64,000 nt of DNA from the NCBI GenBank assembly GCA_965277185.1, contig CBDICC010000044.1:175360-239359 (forward strand), written 5' to 3'. This DNA is from Cytophagales bacterium (GTDB lineage Bacteria > Bacteroidota > Bacteroidia > Cytophagales > JAHDFW01). Every line of letters begins with the position of its first letter. Within the stretch, counting starts at the first letter, position 1. Both the position numbers and the translations under genes were made by a program. Shown here piece by piece: positions 1 through 9,980 of this stretch. The notes under the pieces are model-generated. The model was not told where the DNA came from. It saw only the letters and a program-made list of their open reading frames with translations, and made no database searches.

Positions 1-1
1 G

Positions 2-295
2 GATGTTGGTGCTGGTGCGGAAAACGCAGATAACTTTTCTGTGAGATTCAAAGACTATGGTTTTTTTGTTCCAAAGGACGCTATGGGGAAAGAAACTATC
101 TTTGAAGGTGTTGCATTTTTAGATACGATTTCGGTGGAAGAATTAAAGCATTATGCGGAGGATGCAGGCTTGAGTCAGGATTCAATTGATTTAATTACAG
201 AAGAGGAAATTAATATTGGTTTTACGGCCAAAGGAGTTTTAATTGAAGAGTATGCCATGGAAACTGGAGACGATTCAAATAAGGATTCACAATAG
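2..295 (+). CDS. DUF4920-family protein, 5'-partial
   Basis: Frame is open from position 2 (DVGAGAENADNFSVRFKDYGFFVPKD...). The VRFKDYGFFVP and ISVEELKHYAEDAG motifs are typical of DUF4920. Confidence 0.8.
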   Translation, partial: DVGAGAENADNFSVRFKDYGFFVPKDAMGKETIFEGVAFLDTISVEELKHYAEDAGLSQDSIDLITEEEINIGFTAKGVLIEEYAMETGDDSNKDSQ

Positions 296-439
296 ATTTA
301 GGTTCATCACTTACCGGTGCTGGTTTCACTATGGAGGTGAACCTTGAGATAAAACAATATAAATGCCCGGTGTTATAAAAGACACTGGGCTATAATGCGT
401 ATTAAGGATTCAACTATTAATTAAGTTAATTTCATTTCA

Positions 440-952
440 ATGGTGAAGAGCTTACTCAATAAATTTATTTGTAAAACAAGAATTGGATTGTTGGCACTTT
501 TCTGTTCGGTGATTATTGTTTTGACAGCTTGTGATTCTGGAGAAACAAATGAAGGAAAAGGCAAAAAACCACCCAATATTACGATCATTTCATCCAATCC
601 AAATGGCAGTAGTGAGTTGGCTTTACTGATGAAAGAATTATATATGGACATGAGATCCATGCGGAATGATGTTTTAGCAGGGCAATTGGTTATGAATCCA
701 GATATTTTGGGTAAAATCAAGAAACTTCCAACTGCGACTCCAACAGAAGAAGACATGAAACCACCCGCATTTGATGCGTTTTCAAATGTTTTATTGGATG
801 CGGCCAGTAAATTGGAAAAGGCGGAATCTTCTGATCAAATTGCGGCGTACAATTTAACCTTGGATCGTTGTTTGGCTTGCCATGATCAATCATGTCCTGG
901 ACCAATTGGGAAGATTGAGAAACTTAAAATATTGTTGAAAGAAGAAGAATAA
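440..952 (+). CDS. Putative lipoprotein with a single C-terminal CxxCH heme c motif (class II cytochrome c-like)
   Basis: Lipobox VLTA|C, helical-looking body, CLACH near the C-terminus. Confidence 0.6.
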   Translation: MVKSLLNKFICKTRIGLLALFCSVIIVLTACDSGETNEGKGKKPPNITIISSNPNGSSELALLMKELYMDMRSMRNDVLAGQLVMNPDILGKIKKLPTATPTEEDMKPPAFDAFSNVLLDAASKLEKAESSDQIAAYNLTLDRCLACHDQSCPGPIGKIEKLKILLKEEE

Positions 953-997
953 TAGAAAGAAAAATAGACTTCGACTTTTAGTCTACGATTGCTTCTT

Positions 998-2779
998 CTA
1001 CTCTTCCATTGCCGTTAGTTGTTTTGCGTATAGTTCAGCATAGGAACCATTGCTTTTAAGTAAATCTTCATGCGTTCCCTGTTCAATTATTTGCCCTTCA
1101 TCCATTACATAGATTTTGTCTGTCCATTGTACGGTAGAAACTCGATGTGCGACAATGATGGATGTTTTACCCGCCATTATTCTTCTGAGATTACCAAGGA
1201 TCTTTTCTTCTGTTTTAGTGTCTACTGCGGATAAGCAATCATCAAAAATCAGTATTTTAGGATTTTTGATGATTGCTCGTGCAATCGAAATCCGTTGTTT
1301 TTGACCTCCTGACAAGGTAATTCCACGTTCACCAACCATTGTTTCAAATTGATCAGGGAAACCTATGATGTTTTGATGCACATCCGCATCTTTTGCTGCC
1401 TGAATAATTTCCTCGTCGCTGGCTTTTTCTTTTCCAAATCCAATATTTTGACGAATGGTATCTGAAAATAGGAAAACATCCTGAGGAACATAACCCATGT
1501 TGTCTCTTACATAGTTTACATCATATGCTTTCAAATTGATGTCATCCAATAGGATTTCCCCTTTTGTTGGATCAAACATGCGTGCTAAGGCACTATTGAA
1601 TGTAGATTTTCCGCTGCCAGTGGTGCCAATAATTCCAACGGACTGTCCTGCTTCGATGGTTAAATTAATTTCATTTAGAGCGGTAATGTTTGATTCTGGG
1701 TAGGTAACAGAAACATTTTTAAACTCGATTTTTCCAGCAATGGGCTCGGTGATTTTTTCTTCTGAGGTAATATCTGTTTTAGTATTTAGAAACTCATTGA
1801 TTCGTGTTTGTGACGCCGCTGCACGTTGAATAATACTTGTGATCCAACCTAGTGACGCAACAGGCCAGGTTAACATGTTAATGTAAATTACAAATTCAGC
1901 AATGTTTCCAATAGTTACTTGTCCTCGCACTACTTGCATACCACCTATATATACTGTGAAAGCAGTAGATAGTCCAATCAACATAAATATGAGTGGAACG
2001 AATAAAGAATTGATTCGAACTAATTTGACGGATTCGTTTTTATACTGTTCACTTTCTGCAACGAAATTTTCATACGAATCTTTCTCTCTGACAAAGGATT
2101 TAATCACTCGAATTCCGGAAAAGGCTTCTTGGACAAAGTTGGATAATCCAGATAGGTTTTTTTGAATAATAGTAGATTGCTTGTTCATTTTGTCGCTTAC
2201 AAAATATATAGCAATAGACAAAAAGGGCAATGGAAGCAGTGTAAATAGCGAAAGTTGCACATTCACATTAAACATAAATGTGATTGTTATAGAAAAGAGG
2301 GCAACCATGTTTATACCATACATAATTCCAGGTCCCAAATACATCCGAACCATGCTTACATCTTCAGAAATACGGGCCATTAAGTCCCCTGTTCGATTTT
2401 TTCTGTAAAAGCTAAGAGGAAGCGTTTGATAATGCCCGTAAATTTCGTTTTTCAAATCGTTTTCGATCCTTCGAGACATTACAATGATCGTTTGACGAGT
2501 TAAAAAGAGGAAAAACGAGGCAATTAATTTAACCGCAAAATAAACGACAATATACACCACTATTACATTTCGAAACGAGGCTCCGTAAGCTTCCATCGTA
2601 TCCATGCCATTCATAAGATTGGCGTAGTCTAACCCATCATCAATCAGGTTAAATGAATAGCGAACTGCTACAACGGAAATCACATTAAATAAATTGGATA
2701 TTACAATACATGAAGCACCGACAAGCAAGTGATTCTTGTATTTCCAGAGATATTTATTAAGGTATTTAAGTGATTTCAA
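998..2779 (-). CDS. ABC exporter, fused permease/ATPase (MdlA/YheI-like)
   Basis: N-terminal transmembrane domain, Walker A GTTGSGKS, signature LSGGQ, Walker B LIFDD, H-loop AHR. Confidence 0.93.
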   Translation of the reverse strand: MKSLKYLNKYLWKYKNHLLVGASCIVISNLFNVISVVAVRYSFNLIDDGLDYANLMNGMDTMEAYGASFRNVIVVYIVVYFAVKLIASFFLFLTRQTIIVMSRRIENDLKNEIYGHYQTLPLSFYRKNRTGDLMARISEDVSMVRMYLGPGIMYGINMVALFSITITFMFNVNVQLSLFTLLPLPFLSIAIYFVSDKMNKQSTIIQKNLSGLSNFVQEAFSGIRVIKSFVREKDSYENFVAESEQYKNESVKLVRINSLFVPLIFMLIGLSTAFTVYIGGMQVVRGQVTIGNIAEFVIYINMLTWPVASLGWITSIIQRAAASQTRINEFLNTKTDITSEEKITEPIAGKIEFKNVSVTYPESNITALNEINLTIEAGQSVGIIGTTGSGKSTFNSALARMFDPTKGEILLDDINLKAYDVNYVRDNMGYVPQDVFLFSDTIRQNIGFGKEKASDEEIIQAAKDADVHQNIIGFPDQFETMVGERGITLSGGQKQRISIARAIIKNPKILIFDDCLSAVDTKTEEKILGNLRRIMAGKTSIIVAHRVSTVQWTDKIYVMDEGQIIEQGTHEDLLKSNGSYAELYAKQLTAMEE

Positions 2780-2986
2780 GGAGAGAATTTATCTTAATTA
2801 AATTTAATAATAAACCAACACGATTTAAGGTGGGGGTGTTATTCGTTCAAACGAAAGTAGCTGTTTTTAAGTTCAGGGGAAAGTGGGATTCCAAAAATAA
2901 TAACATTTGAATAGTGATTTATATATTCTTAAGAAATTTCGCCTGCAAAAAGGGAGAATATCGTTCAACGCATTTAATTCGACGAA

Positions 2987-4252
2987 TTACAATTTGTGGA
3001 TTTTAAATGATTCCATTTGTTGTGATTCTTCGGATTTAAGTAATACGATATAGGTCCCGGCTGGTAGAACGTCAAGATTTTGTTGGAACGTTCTTTGGTC
3101 AATGTTTAATATGCACACGGTCTTACCTGTTGCAGTTATGATCTTACCAGAGAGTGGCTTTAAAGAGTTATGTTTGATGGTGATTTTTGAATGAAATGGA
3201 TTGGGGAATACAGTCCATTCGAATCGATTTGATTCTTCTGTTTTTAGCAACGTTGAATCTCCCATTTCCAGAATTCCTATGGAATCAATACCTATTAATT
3301 TGTTAGGCTGAATTTCTACGAAATAATTTCCGCGGGCATTATTCATCCCCTTATTGAAGCCCTCTAAAGTTTCTTGTTTATTATTTTCAATGATCTGGCA
3401 AAGCTTGTCTAAGGTGTCAAAATGTGAGAAAGACGAAAAGGATTCTTTAAGTTCTGAATGATTTAGTTGCGCTAAAGCTAAAGGAAAGTCATATATGGAA
3501 TCTCCTTGAATTCTAAAGGAGAATATGTTCCAACTTTGAGTAAGGGAATCATATTGATTAAAATAATAATCTCCTTTCTTACGAATGATATCTCTGAGAT
3601 ACGATTGATTGTCGTAACTAAACGTAATTCGAAATTGTCGTTTTTTAATTCGTTCGAAAGTAACGGTGTCGTTGATGATTGTTTCAGTTGTGTCAATAGT
3701 GACTGTTCTTTTCATTAGATATGTTCCTTCAAGCGCATAAGGGACATGTCCTTTAACCGGATTTCTAAATCGAAGTTCTTCTGATTCACATGCAATGACT
3801 AAGTACGCTGTGCAAAGGATAACGAGACTTCGAAATACAATGTTTTTGTGGATGTTTGTGTTATTAAGTAACAGCTTGTCGTTCTTTAAGTGGTAATATG
3901 CCAAAGGCAGTATAATTAGAGCAGCTAGATCAGAATAATCGACTACACGTCCAATATTGAAAGGGGCGAGGCTATTGAAAAACTGAATAAACTCCTCAGA
4001 TAATGGAGACTTCCACCAAACAAACAAAACTCCGACAGTCCATAGAATCGATGTCTTCCATTTACCAAGTAAGCCATAAAGGAAAAATACGACAACCAAT
4101 ATTCCCGAGAAGTCACTTAATTTTCCTGTGATGAGGCCTGGATAGCTATATTTAAGGAAGAAATCGTTTGCAAAAAGTATAAGAAGCGCGCTTAAGAACA
4201 AAGGCGATTGGAAAAGATAATACTTGTTGTTTCTCGAAACGAGTGAATTCAT
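2987..4252 (-). CDS. Hypothetical protein: N-terminal multi-pass membrane domain, soluble domain, T9SS type A CTD
   Basis: Hydrophobic helices with NDFFLK/GKLSDF/WKS/RVVDYSDL motifs. C-terminus VFPNPF...LPAGTYIVLL...FKIHKL matches a type A CTD pattern. Confidence 0.7.
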   Translation of the reverse strand: MNSLVSRNNKYYLFQSPLFLSALLILFANDFFLKYSYPGLITGKLSDFSGILVVVFFLYGLLGKWKTSILWTVGVLFVWWKSPLSEEFIQFFNSLAPFNIGRVVDYSDLAALIILPLAYYHLKNDKLLLNNTNIHKNIVFRSLVILCTAYLVIACESEELRFRNPVKGHVPYALEGTYLMKRTVTIDTTETIINDTVTFERIKKRQFRITFSYDNQSYLRDIIRKKGDYYFNQYDSLTQSWNIFSFRIQGDSIYDFPLALAQLNHSELKESFSSFSHFDTLDKLCQIIENNKQETLEGFNKGMNNARGNYFVEIQPNKLIGIDSIGILEMGDSTLLKTEESNRFEWTVFPNPFHSKITIKHNSLKPLSGKIITATGKTVCILNIDQRTFQQNLDVLPAGTYIVLLKSEESQQMESFKIHKL

Positions 4253-4303
4253 TCTTTTTAATTAGCGTTCTTTTTGGATAGAAGTAGATCAAACTATCTT
4301 ATA

Positions 4304-4675
4304 CTAAATGTGCTGATCAATTAGGATAGGGTTTCCATCTGGATCAATTAAGGTAATATGAGCCGGCCCCGCAGTTGATTCATCCGCTTCTTGGGTAAGT
4401 TCAACACCTTGCTCTTTCAATGACTTCTGTATGGAACGGACATCGGTAAATTCGTCCAGTTTTTGTGCCTTTGCATCCCATCCGGGGTTGAATGTCATTA
4501 AATTTTTATCGAACATTCCTTGAAAGAGCCCTATGCTAGTACTATCATTGCGCATGATTAGCCATTTTTGAGCAAGATCTCCTCCGACCGGAGTGAATCC
4601 TAGTTTTTCATAAAATGCTTTTGACGCATTGATGTCTTTTACTGAAAGGCTAACAGAGAATGTGCCTAATTTCAT
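4304..4675 (-). CDS. VOC/glyoxalase family protein
   Basis: SLSVKDINASKAFYEKLGF and DPDGNPILIDQH motifs. Confidence 0.9.
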   Translation of the reverse strand: MKLGTFSVSLSVKDINASKAFYEKLGFTPVGGDLAQKWLIMRNDSTSIGLFQGMFDKNLMTFNPGWDAKAQKLDEFTDVRSIQKSLKEQGVELTQEADESTAGPAHITLIDPDGNPILIDQHI

Positions 4676-4804
4676 AATGAAAGGTTAAGTAAACGAAATA
4701 GAAATAAAACGGAATAGTATAATTAGAAAACTAAGTAAATATAGTCAAATTGAATGAATTGATAAATTCATAGAATAGGCTAAGAAAAGGAGTTTTAATG
4801 TTCC

Positions 4805-5329
4805 TTATGAAGGAATGGATTTTTGGGATCTGGCTGCGAATTCCGAAACGATAATATTTGCAAATAGGATGAATACTCCTACAAGTACAGATACATCGGC
4901 CATGTTAAAAATGCCTGTGTGCATTCCGCCCCAACTTAAATACATGAAATCGGTAACTGATTGATAGAGAATTCGATCGTAGATGTTACCAATTCCTCCT
5001 CCTATTATGCAGGAAATAGCCAAAACATTGAGTTTCGAGATCTTTTTATTTCGAACAATATAAACAAATGCTAAAATTAGAATGGTAATGGGCAGAATTT
5101 GAAATGCAATTACCTTTAATACAGGAGGGAAATCTTGACCTAAACTCATAGCAGCACCGGTATTCTCTACTTTTGTTAGTACAAAATTATCACCAATTAT
5201 GTTGATGACCTCGTGATCTAATATTTCTGAACGCGCTTTAACCTTGGTTATTTGATCACAGCTGACGTTAATCAATATGACCAACACGACTAGAGTTAAT
5301 TTAATAACATTAAGGTTGCTTAGCTTCAT
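4805..5329 (-). CDS. lspA: Lipoprotein signal peptidase (SPase II)
   Basis: DQITK, NTGAAMS, GGIGNIYDR, VTDF and FNMAD motifs, including both catalytic Asp residues. Confidence 0.93.
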   Translation of the reverse strand: MKLSNLNVIKLTLVVLVILINVSCDQITKVKARSEILDHEVINIIGDNFVLTKVENTGAAMSLGQDFPPVLKVIAFQILPITILILAFVYIVRNKKISKLNVLAISCIIGGGIGNIYDRILYQSVTDFMYLSWGGMHTGIFNMADVSVLVGVFILFANIIVSEFAARSQKSIPS

Positions 5330-5360
5330 AGAATCTAAAGTTATTGGACTATCTTTTAAT

Positions 5361-5390
5361 TCATGGTGCTTTTGAAAATAAGCACCATGA
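5361..5390. other. Perfect 11-bp inverted repeat between typA and lspA
   Basis: tcatggtgctt-N8-aagcaccatga. There is no clear U-tract, so a terminator role is uncertain. Confidence 0.5.
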
Positions 5391-5492
5391 TTGATAAGAG
5401 GCCTTTTTAATTTAATCTAACTACCAAACGCGCGAAAGATTACTTTCGTCTTTTTCAAACACGTTAATATGCTACTGATGGTATGCGGAAGA

Positions 5493-7253
5493 TTATATTT
5501 TCCGCATACGAAGTGACTCAGGAGTTACCTCTAAATATTCGTCATCTTTAATATATTCCATACATTCTTCCAACGAAAAATCTATTTTTGGAAAAATCTT
5601 AGCACCTTCATCTGTTCCTGACTTTCTCATGTTTGTCAGTTTTTTCCCTTTAATAACGTTTACATCTAAATCGTTTTCTCTGGTGTGTTCACCAATGATT
5701 TGACCTTTATAAATGATGTCTCCCGGAGAAATGAAGAACCTTCCTCTATCTTGTAATTTATCGATTGCAAAAATGGTAGAAGGACCTTGTTCCATAGAAA
5801 TAAGGGAACCTTTCATTCGAGTTGGAATATCACCTTTGAAAGGAGCATATTCTCTAAATCTATGTGTCATTATTGCTTGACCGGATGTGGCGGTAAGCAT
5901 GTTGTTTCTTAGACCAATTAACCCTCTTGAAGGAATGTCAAATTCTAAATGTTGAAGATCGCCTTTTGGTTCCATTACCATCATGTCACCTTTCTTCTGG
6001 GTAACCATTTCAATTGCTTTACCTGAAAATTCTTCTGGCACATCAATAACTAAGGTTTCATAAGGCTCACATTTTGCGCCATCAACTTCTTTAATTATTA
6101 CCTGAGGCTTCCCAACTTGTAGTTCATATCCCTCTCTCCTCATTGTTTCTATTAACACTGACAAGTGAAGAATTCCACGTCCATACACGTTAAATTTATC
6201 CTCGGTATCTGTATCTTCAACTCTAAGAGCTAAGTTCTTTTCTGTTTCTTTATATAAACGATCTCGTAAGTGTCGAGAAGTTACGAATTTCCCTTCTTTT
6301 CCAAAGAATGGCGAGTTGTTGATCGTAAACAACATACTCATAGTAGGCTCATCAATTGCAATTCTTCGAAGTGACTCAGGGTTTTCTCTGTCCGCAACGG
6401 TATCTCCAATTTCGAAATCATCTAATCCAACGATTGCACAAATGTCTCCACTTCGAACCTCTGAAACTTTTCTTTTCCCTAATCCTTCAAATATGTGCAG
6501 TTCTTTAATTCGTACTTTTTTAAGTACATCATCTTTTTTGCACAACATTACATCCATCCCTTCTTTTAAATCACCACGGAATACTCGTCCAATAGCAATT
6601 CTTCCTACGAAAGCAGAATAATCCAATGAAGTAATTTGCATTTGAGGAGTTCCTTCATGATATGGAGCCTCAGGAATTACTTTGATTACTGTATCTAAAA
6701 GAGCAGTGATGTTGTCCGTTGGTTCTTTCCAATCATATCCCATCCATCCATTTTTGGACGAACCATATAATGTTTCGAAATCTAATTGCTCTTCAGTAGC
6801 CTCTAAGTTAAACATCAAATCAAAAACAGCCTCATGTACTTCATCAGGACGGCAATTTTCTTTGTCAACTTTATTTACTACCACAATTGGTTTTAAGCCT
6901 AATTCAATGGCTTTGCCTAACACAAATCGTGTTTGTGGCATTGGACCTTCAAATGCATCTACTAAAAGAATTACACCATCAGCCATTTTCAAGACCCGTT
7001 CTACTTCACCGCCGAAATCTGCGTGACCTGGAGTATCAATAATATTGATTTTTACTCCTTTATAATTAACGGATACATTCTTGGATAGAATAGTGATTCC
7101 TCGTTCGCGCTCTAGATCGTTGTTGTCTAGAATCAAATCTCCTGATTCTTTTCGGTCGTCAAGAACTTGACACTCGTGAATGATTTTGTCAACTAAAGTG
7201 GTCTTACCGTGGTCAACGTGGGCAATTATTGCAATATTTCTAATCGATTCCAT
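5493..7253 (-). CDS. typA: Translational GTPase TypA/BipA
   Basis: IRNIAIIAHVDHGKTTLVD, ERGITILSK, DTPGHADFGGEVER, NKVD and C-terminal EVTPESLRMRK. Confidence 0.98.
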   Translation of the reverse strand: MESIRNIAIIAHVDHGKTTLVDKIIHECQVLDDRKESGDLILDNNDLERERGITILSKNVSVNYKGVKINIIDTPGHADFGGEVERVLKMADGVILLVDAFEGPMPQTRFVLGKAIELGLKPIVVVNKVDKENCRPDEVHEAVFDLMFNLEATEEQLDFETLYGSSKNGWMGYDWKEPTDNITALLDTVIKVIPEAPYHEGTPQMQITSLDYSAFVGRIAIGRVFRGDLKEGMDVMLCKKDDVLKKVRIKELHIFEGLGKRKVSEVRSGDICAIVGLDDFEIGDTVADRENPESLRRIAIDEPTMSMLFTINNSPFFGKEGKFVTSRHLRDRLYKETEKNLALRVEDTDTEDKFNVYGRGILHLSVLIETMRREGYELQVGKPQVIIKEVDGAKCEPYETLVIDVPEEFSGKAIEMVTQKKGDMMVMEPKGDLQHLEFDIPSRGLIGLRNNMLTATSGQAIMTHRFREYAPFKGDIPTRMKGSLISMEQGPSTIFAIDKLQDRGRFFISPGDIIYKGQIIGEHTRENDLDVNVIKGKKLTNMRKSGTDEGAKIFPKIDFSLEECMEYIKDDEYLEVTPESLRMRKI

Positions 7254-7276
7254 ATCTCAAAATGGGTTTGGAAGCG

Positions 7277-7284
7277 CAAAAGTA
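7277..7284 (-). promoter_or_regulatory. Bacteroidota -7 promoter element of typA
   Basis: TACTTTTG on the minus strand (TAnnTTTG), 23 nt upstream of the ATG. Confidence 0.6.
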
Positions 7285-7502
7285 GATAATTCACCGAGAT
7301 AAACGTTGAATAATTTAATTAACTTAATTTATACTAGAATATTGATCCTTAGATATAAAGGTGATTTCGCTAGATTATCACGCATACAGTCGTATCAAGC
7401 ACGAGTATTGTCGTTTGCTTGGCATCCTGAAAATCGCAAGTTTATTTTGAATTGCATTCGATTGAATAAATAAATTCAATCATTTATCTTTCATGCTACT
7501 TA

Positions 7503-9731
7503 TTATCGAATGATCATGAATGACCCTTTGTGAGGGCTTAGCGGATCTCCTTCTACGGTAAGATGATAGAAATAAGTACCATCTGGTAGTCCATCTCCAC
7601 TCCATCCATTCGTATTGTCGTAATTCATGGTTCGATAGAGTTCATTACCCCATCGATTGAAAATCACCAATTCGTTTTCACCGAAAAAGTCTAATCGATC
7701 AATAAAAAGAGCTTGATTTTTGTCATCTCCGTTTGGAGTGATCACGTTAAAGACATAAGCAGAGTTTCGATCTACAACTTGAAAAGGAAGCGGGTAGTCA
7801 ATCACACATGCATTTTGCTCAGCAATTAAACGCAACGTCATTACGTAAGAACCAGAATCTTCCATTAAAGTGTCAAGATCTTCGTGGTAGGATACAATTC
7901 CAGCATCACTTAAAATCCATTGTAGGGTGTCATACTTATTTGCATTACTTTTAAAATTTAAAATTGTACCATTAGGATCCAATCCATTTACACTCTTATT
8001 ACTAAATATAAGGTTTCCTTCATGGGTCAATTCAGGGTTTCCACTAGGCTTTTCCACTCCGGAAAGCGACATGCTCTCAGGACCTGATTTACAATTGAAA
8101 TTGTCCGTTACGGTTACCCGAACATCATTTGGAATCGTACCGTCTGTTTTGACAAAGTAAGCAGTGTCTGAAGAACCAGAAATAAGTTCATCAATACCTG
8201 AAAATGTTTTGGTCCAAGCAAAAGTGTATCCAGTACCTGTTCCTCCAGATGCCGTAGCAATTAACTGAATAGTGTCGTTTAGGCAAATTGTACTATCGTC
8301 AGGCATATTTGGTAAGAATGCAAAAGGTAATGAAACGACTTCAAGGAAGAATGCTTGATCAAGAAAACATCCTTTGGAGTCGCTCAGTCGAGCGTTGTAG
8401 CTAACACTGGAAGTTGCGGAACTGATCGTACATGAGTCAGTTAAACTAGAAAGGCTATCCGTTGGAGTCCAATTGTAGCTGTATGGAGGATTTCCTCCTG
8501 TACCAGAAATGCAAAGGGTCGTTGTTTGTCCTTGACAAATTCCTACCGTGTCATTGCCGGTATTGTTGACCAATGCTAAATCGGTAGGTGCTACGGTGAC
8601 GGTATCTGAAACAGCTGTACAGCCAAGCGAGTCCGTTATTTCAAGTAAAAACTGAGCAAAAGTAAAGGTTTGTATTTTAGGATTGGCAATACTTGAAATT
8701 TGTGTTTTTGGATTGAGTTCATACCAAGCTAATTGATAATTTGGTGTTCCTCCAGAAGTATTTGAAAGTAGGTTGATTGAATCTGAGGCGCAAATGGCGC
8801 TATCGCTAAACGCAAGATTGGCATCCAATGTTGGAGTCATTTCTACTTGGAAAGTAGCAGAGTCAGAACAAGCTGCAGCGGTTGTGTCAGTTACTACAAT
8901 GGTGTAAGTACGGATACCCGCAGTAGTAATATTTGCAATAGGATTGATTGAGTTAATTACATTAAGATCGCCTGTATCTCCTTTCCAAACAAAGTTATAG
9001 CTCGGATCGGTATTAGTGACACTAGAACTAATTTGTAAACTAGATCCTGGACACAGTAGCGTATCACTATTGGAGGTAACTATTGGGCTTTGGTTAATCA
9101 CAACTTCTACACAATCTCTTGCGCAGCACGCATATGCTCCACCAAATAGAATAAGTCCTGAACGACATGCATGCAATTCGTAAATTCCAGAGGTGCCTAC
9201 AGTAATCGTATCTTGTAATATTTCACCAGGAAGCCATTTAATATTTAAAGAGGTTGAGACAGCACTAAATAGTTTAACACTATCACCTCCACAACTAAAT
9301 CGATCCATTCCCGCATCCGCAGATGCAGCTCCTCCCAAATTCATGTCCTCATATTGAACCCCTATAGGAATCGTAATGTCTACTCCGGAAGAGTCAATTA
9401 CTAGAAAAAGAGAACGAGCCAAAATTGGACTTCCAGATATACGCAATGAATCATTAGTTCCACCCCCTGACATTGGATTAAGGACTGCTACCGTTACTCC
9501 TCCATAATTTGCGCTAGGATTGATCAATCCAGAAGGAGGTGGATCACCATACCATCTAGGATTCATGTAACCGTTTGGAGCGACGATTAGTATGTCTTCA
9601 TTTGTACATATTTGGATGGTTAATGTATCAGAAGAGGTAAGCCCCGTCATATTATACACCAAAGTAGCGTTGGCTTTCAGTGAAATCAACAATACCACTA
9701 CTGTCGCAAGAATGAGTTTTATATGCTTCAT
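7503..9731 (-). CDS. Secreted Ig/SprB-like repeat protein with T9SS type B (gliding motility-associated) CTD
   Basis: Signal peptide from the ATG at 9731 (MKHIKLILATVVVLLISLKANA). Repeats of GGTPNYxxxW type. C-terminal NVITPNGDDKN...IFNRWGNELY...LPDGTYFYHL...HKGSFMIIR. Confidence 0.88.
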   Translation of the reverse strand: MKHIKLILATVVVLLISLKANATLVYNMTGLTSSDTLTIQICTNEDILIVAPNGYMNPRWYGDPPPSGLINPSANYGGVTVAVLNPMSGGGTNDSLRISGSPILARSLFLVIDSSGVDITIPIGVQYEDMNLGGAASADAGMDRFSCGGDSVKLFSAVSTSLNIKWLPGEILQDTITVGTSGIYELHACRSGLILFGGAYACCARDCVEVVINQSPIVTSNSDTLLCPGSSLQISSSVTNTDPSYNFVWKGDTGDLNVINSINPIANITTAGIRTYTIVVTDTTAAACSDSATFQVEMTPTLDANLAFSDSAICASDSINLLSNTSGGTPNYQLAWYELNPKTQISSIANPKIQTFTFAQFLLEITDSLGCTAVSDTVTVAPTDLALVNNTGNDTVGICQGQTTTLCISGTGGNPPYSYNWTPTDSLSSLTDSCTISSATSSVSYNARLSDSKGCFLDQAFFLEVVSLPFAFLPNMPDDSTICLNDTIQLIATASGGTGTGYTFAWTKTFSGIDELISGSSDTAYFVKTDGTIPNDVRVTVTDNFNCKSGPESMSLSGVEKPSGNPELTHEGNLIFSNKSVNGLDPNGTILNFKSNANKYDTLQWILSDAGIVSYHEDLDTLMEDSGSYVMTLRLIAEQNACVIDYPLPFQVVDRNSAYVFNVITPNGDDKNQALFIDRLDFFGENELVIFNRWGNELYRTMNYDNTNGWSGDGLPDGTYFYHLTVEGDPLSPHKGSFMIIR

Positions 9732-9980
9732 AAATCTATTAGAAATACTGCGCAATATACGCAAAAAAACTGTTAATGAATTCAATTTGTTTGTGTTCTG
9801 CAAAATGGAAGTCCACTTTTTTTATCAATAAAATTAGTTAAGTGCTATTTTTCAGGTTTTTATACTTTTGAATTTAAAGTCATAAGAAATTTGGTAAAAG
9901 ACCAAGTGCTTCGGTAAAAGATAAATCAAAAAACATCTTTAAAGTCAAATAGTACGCACTTTTTCTTCGATGTATTTATG

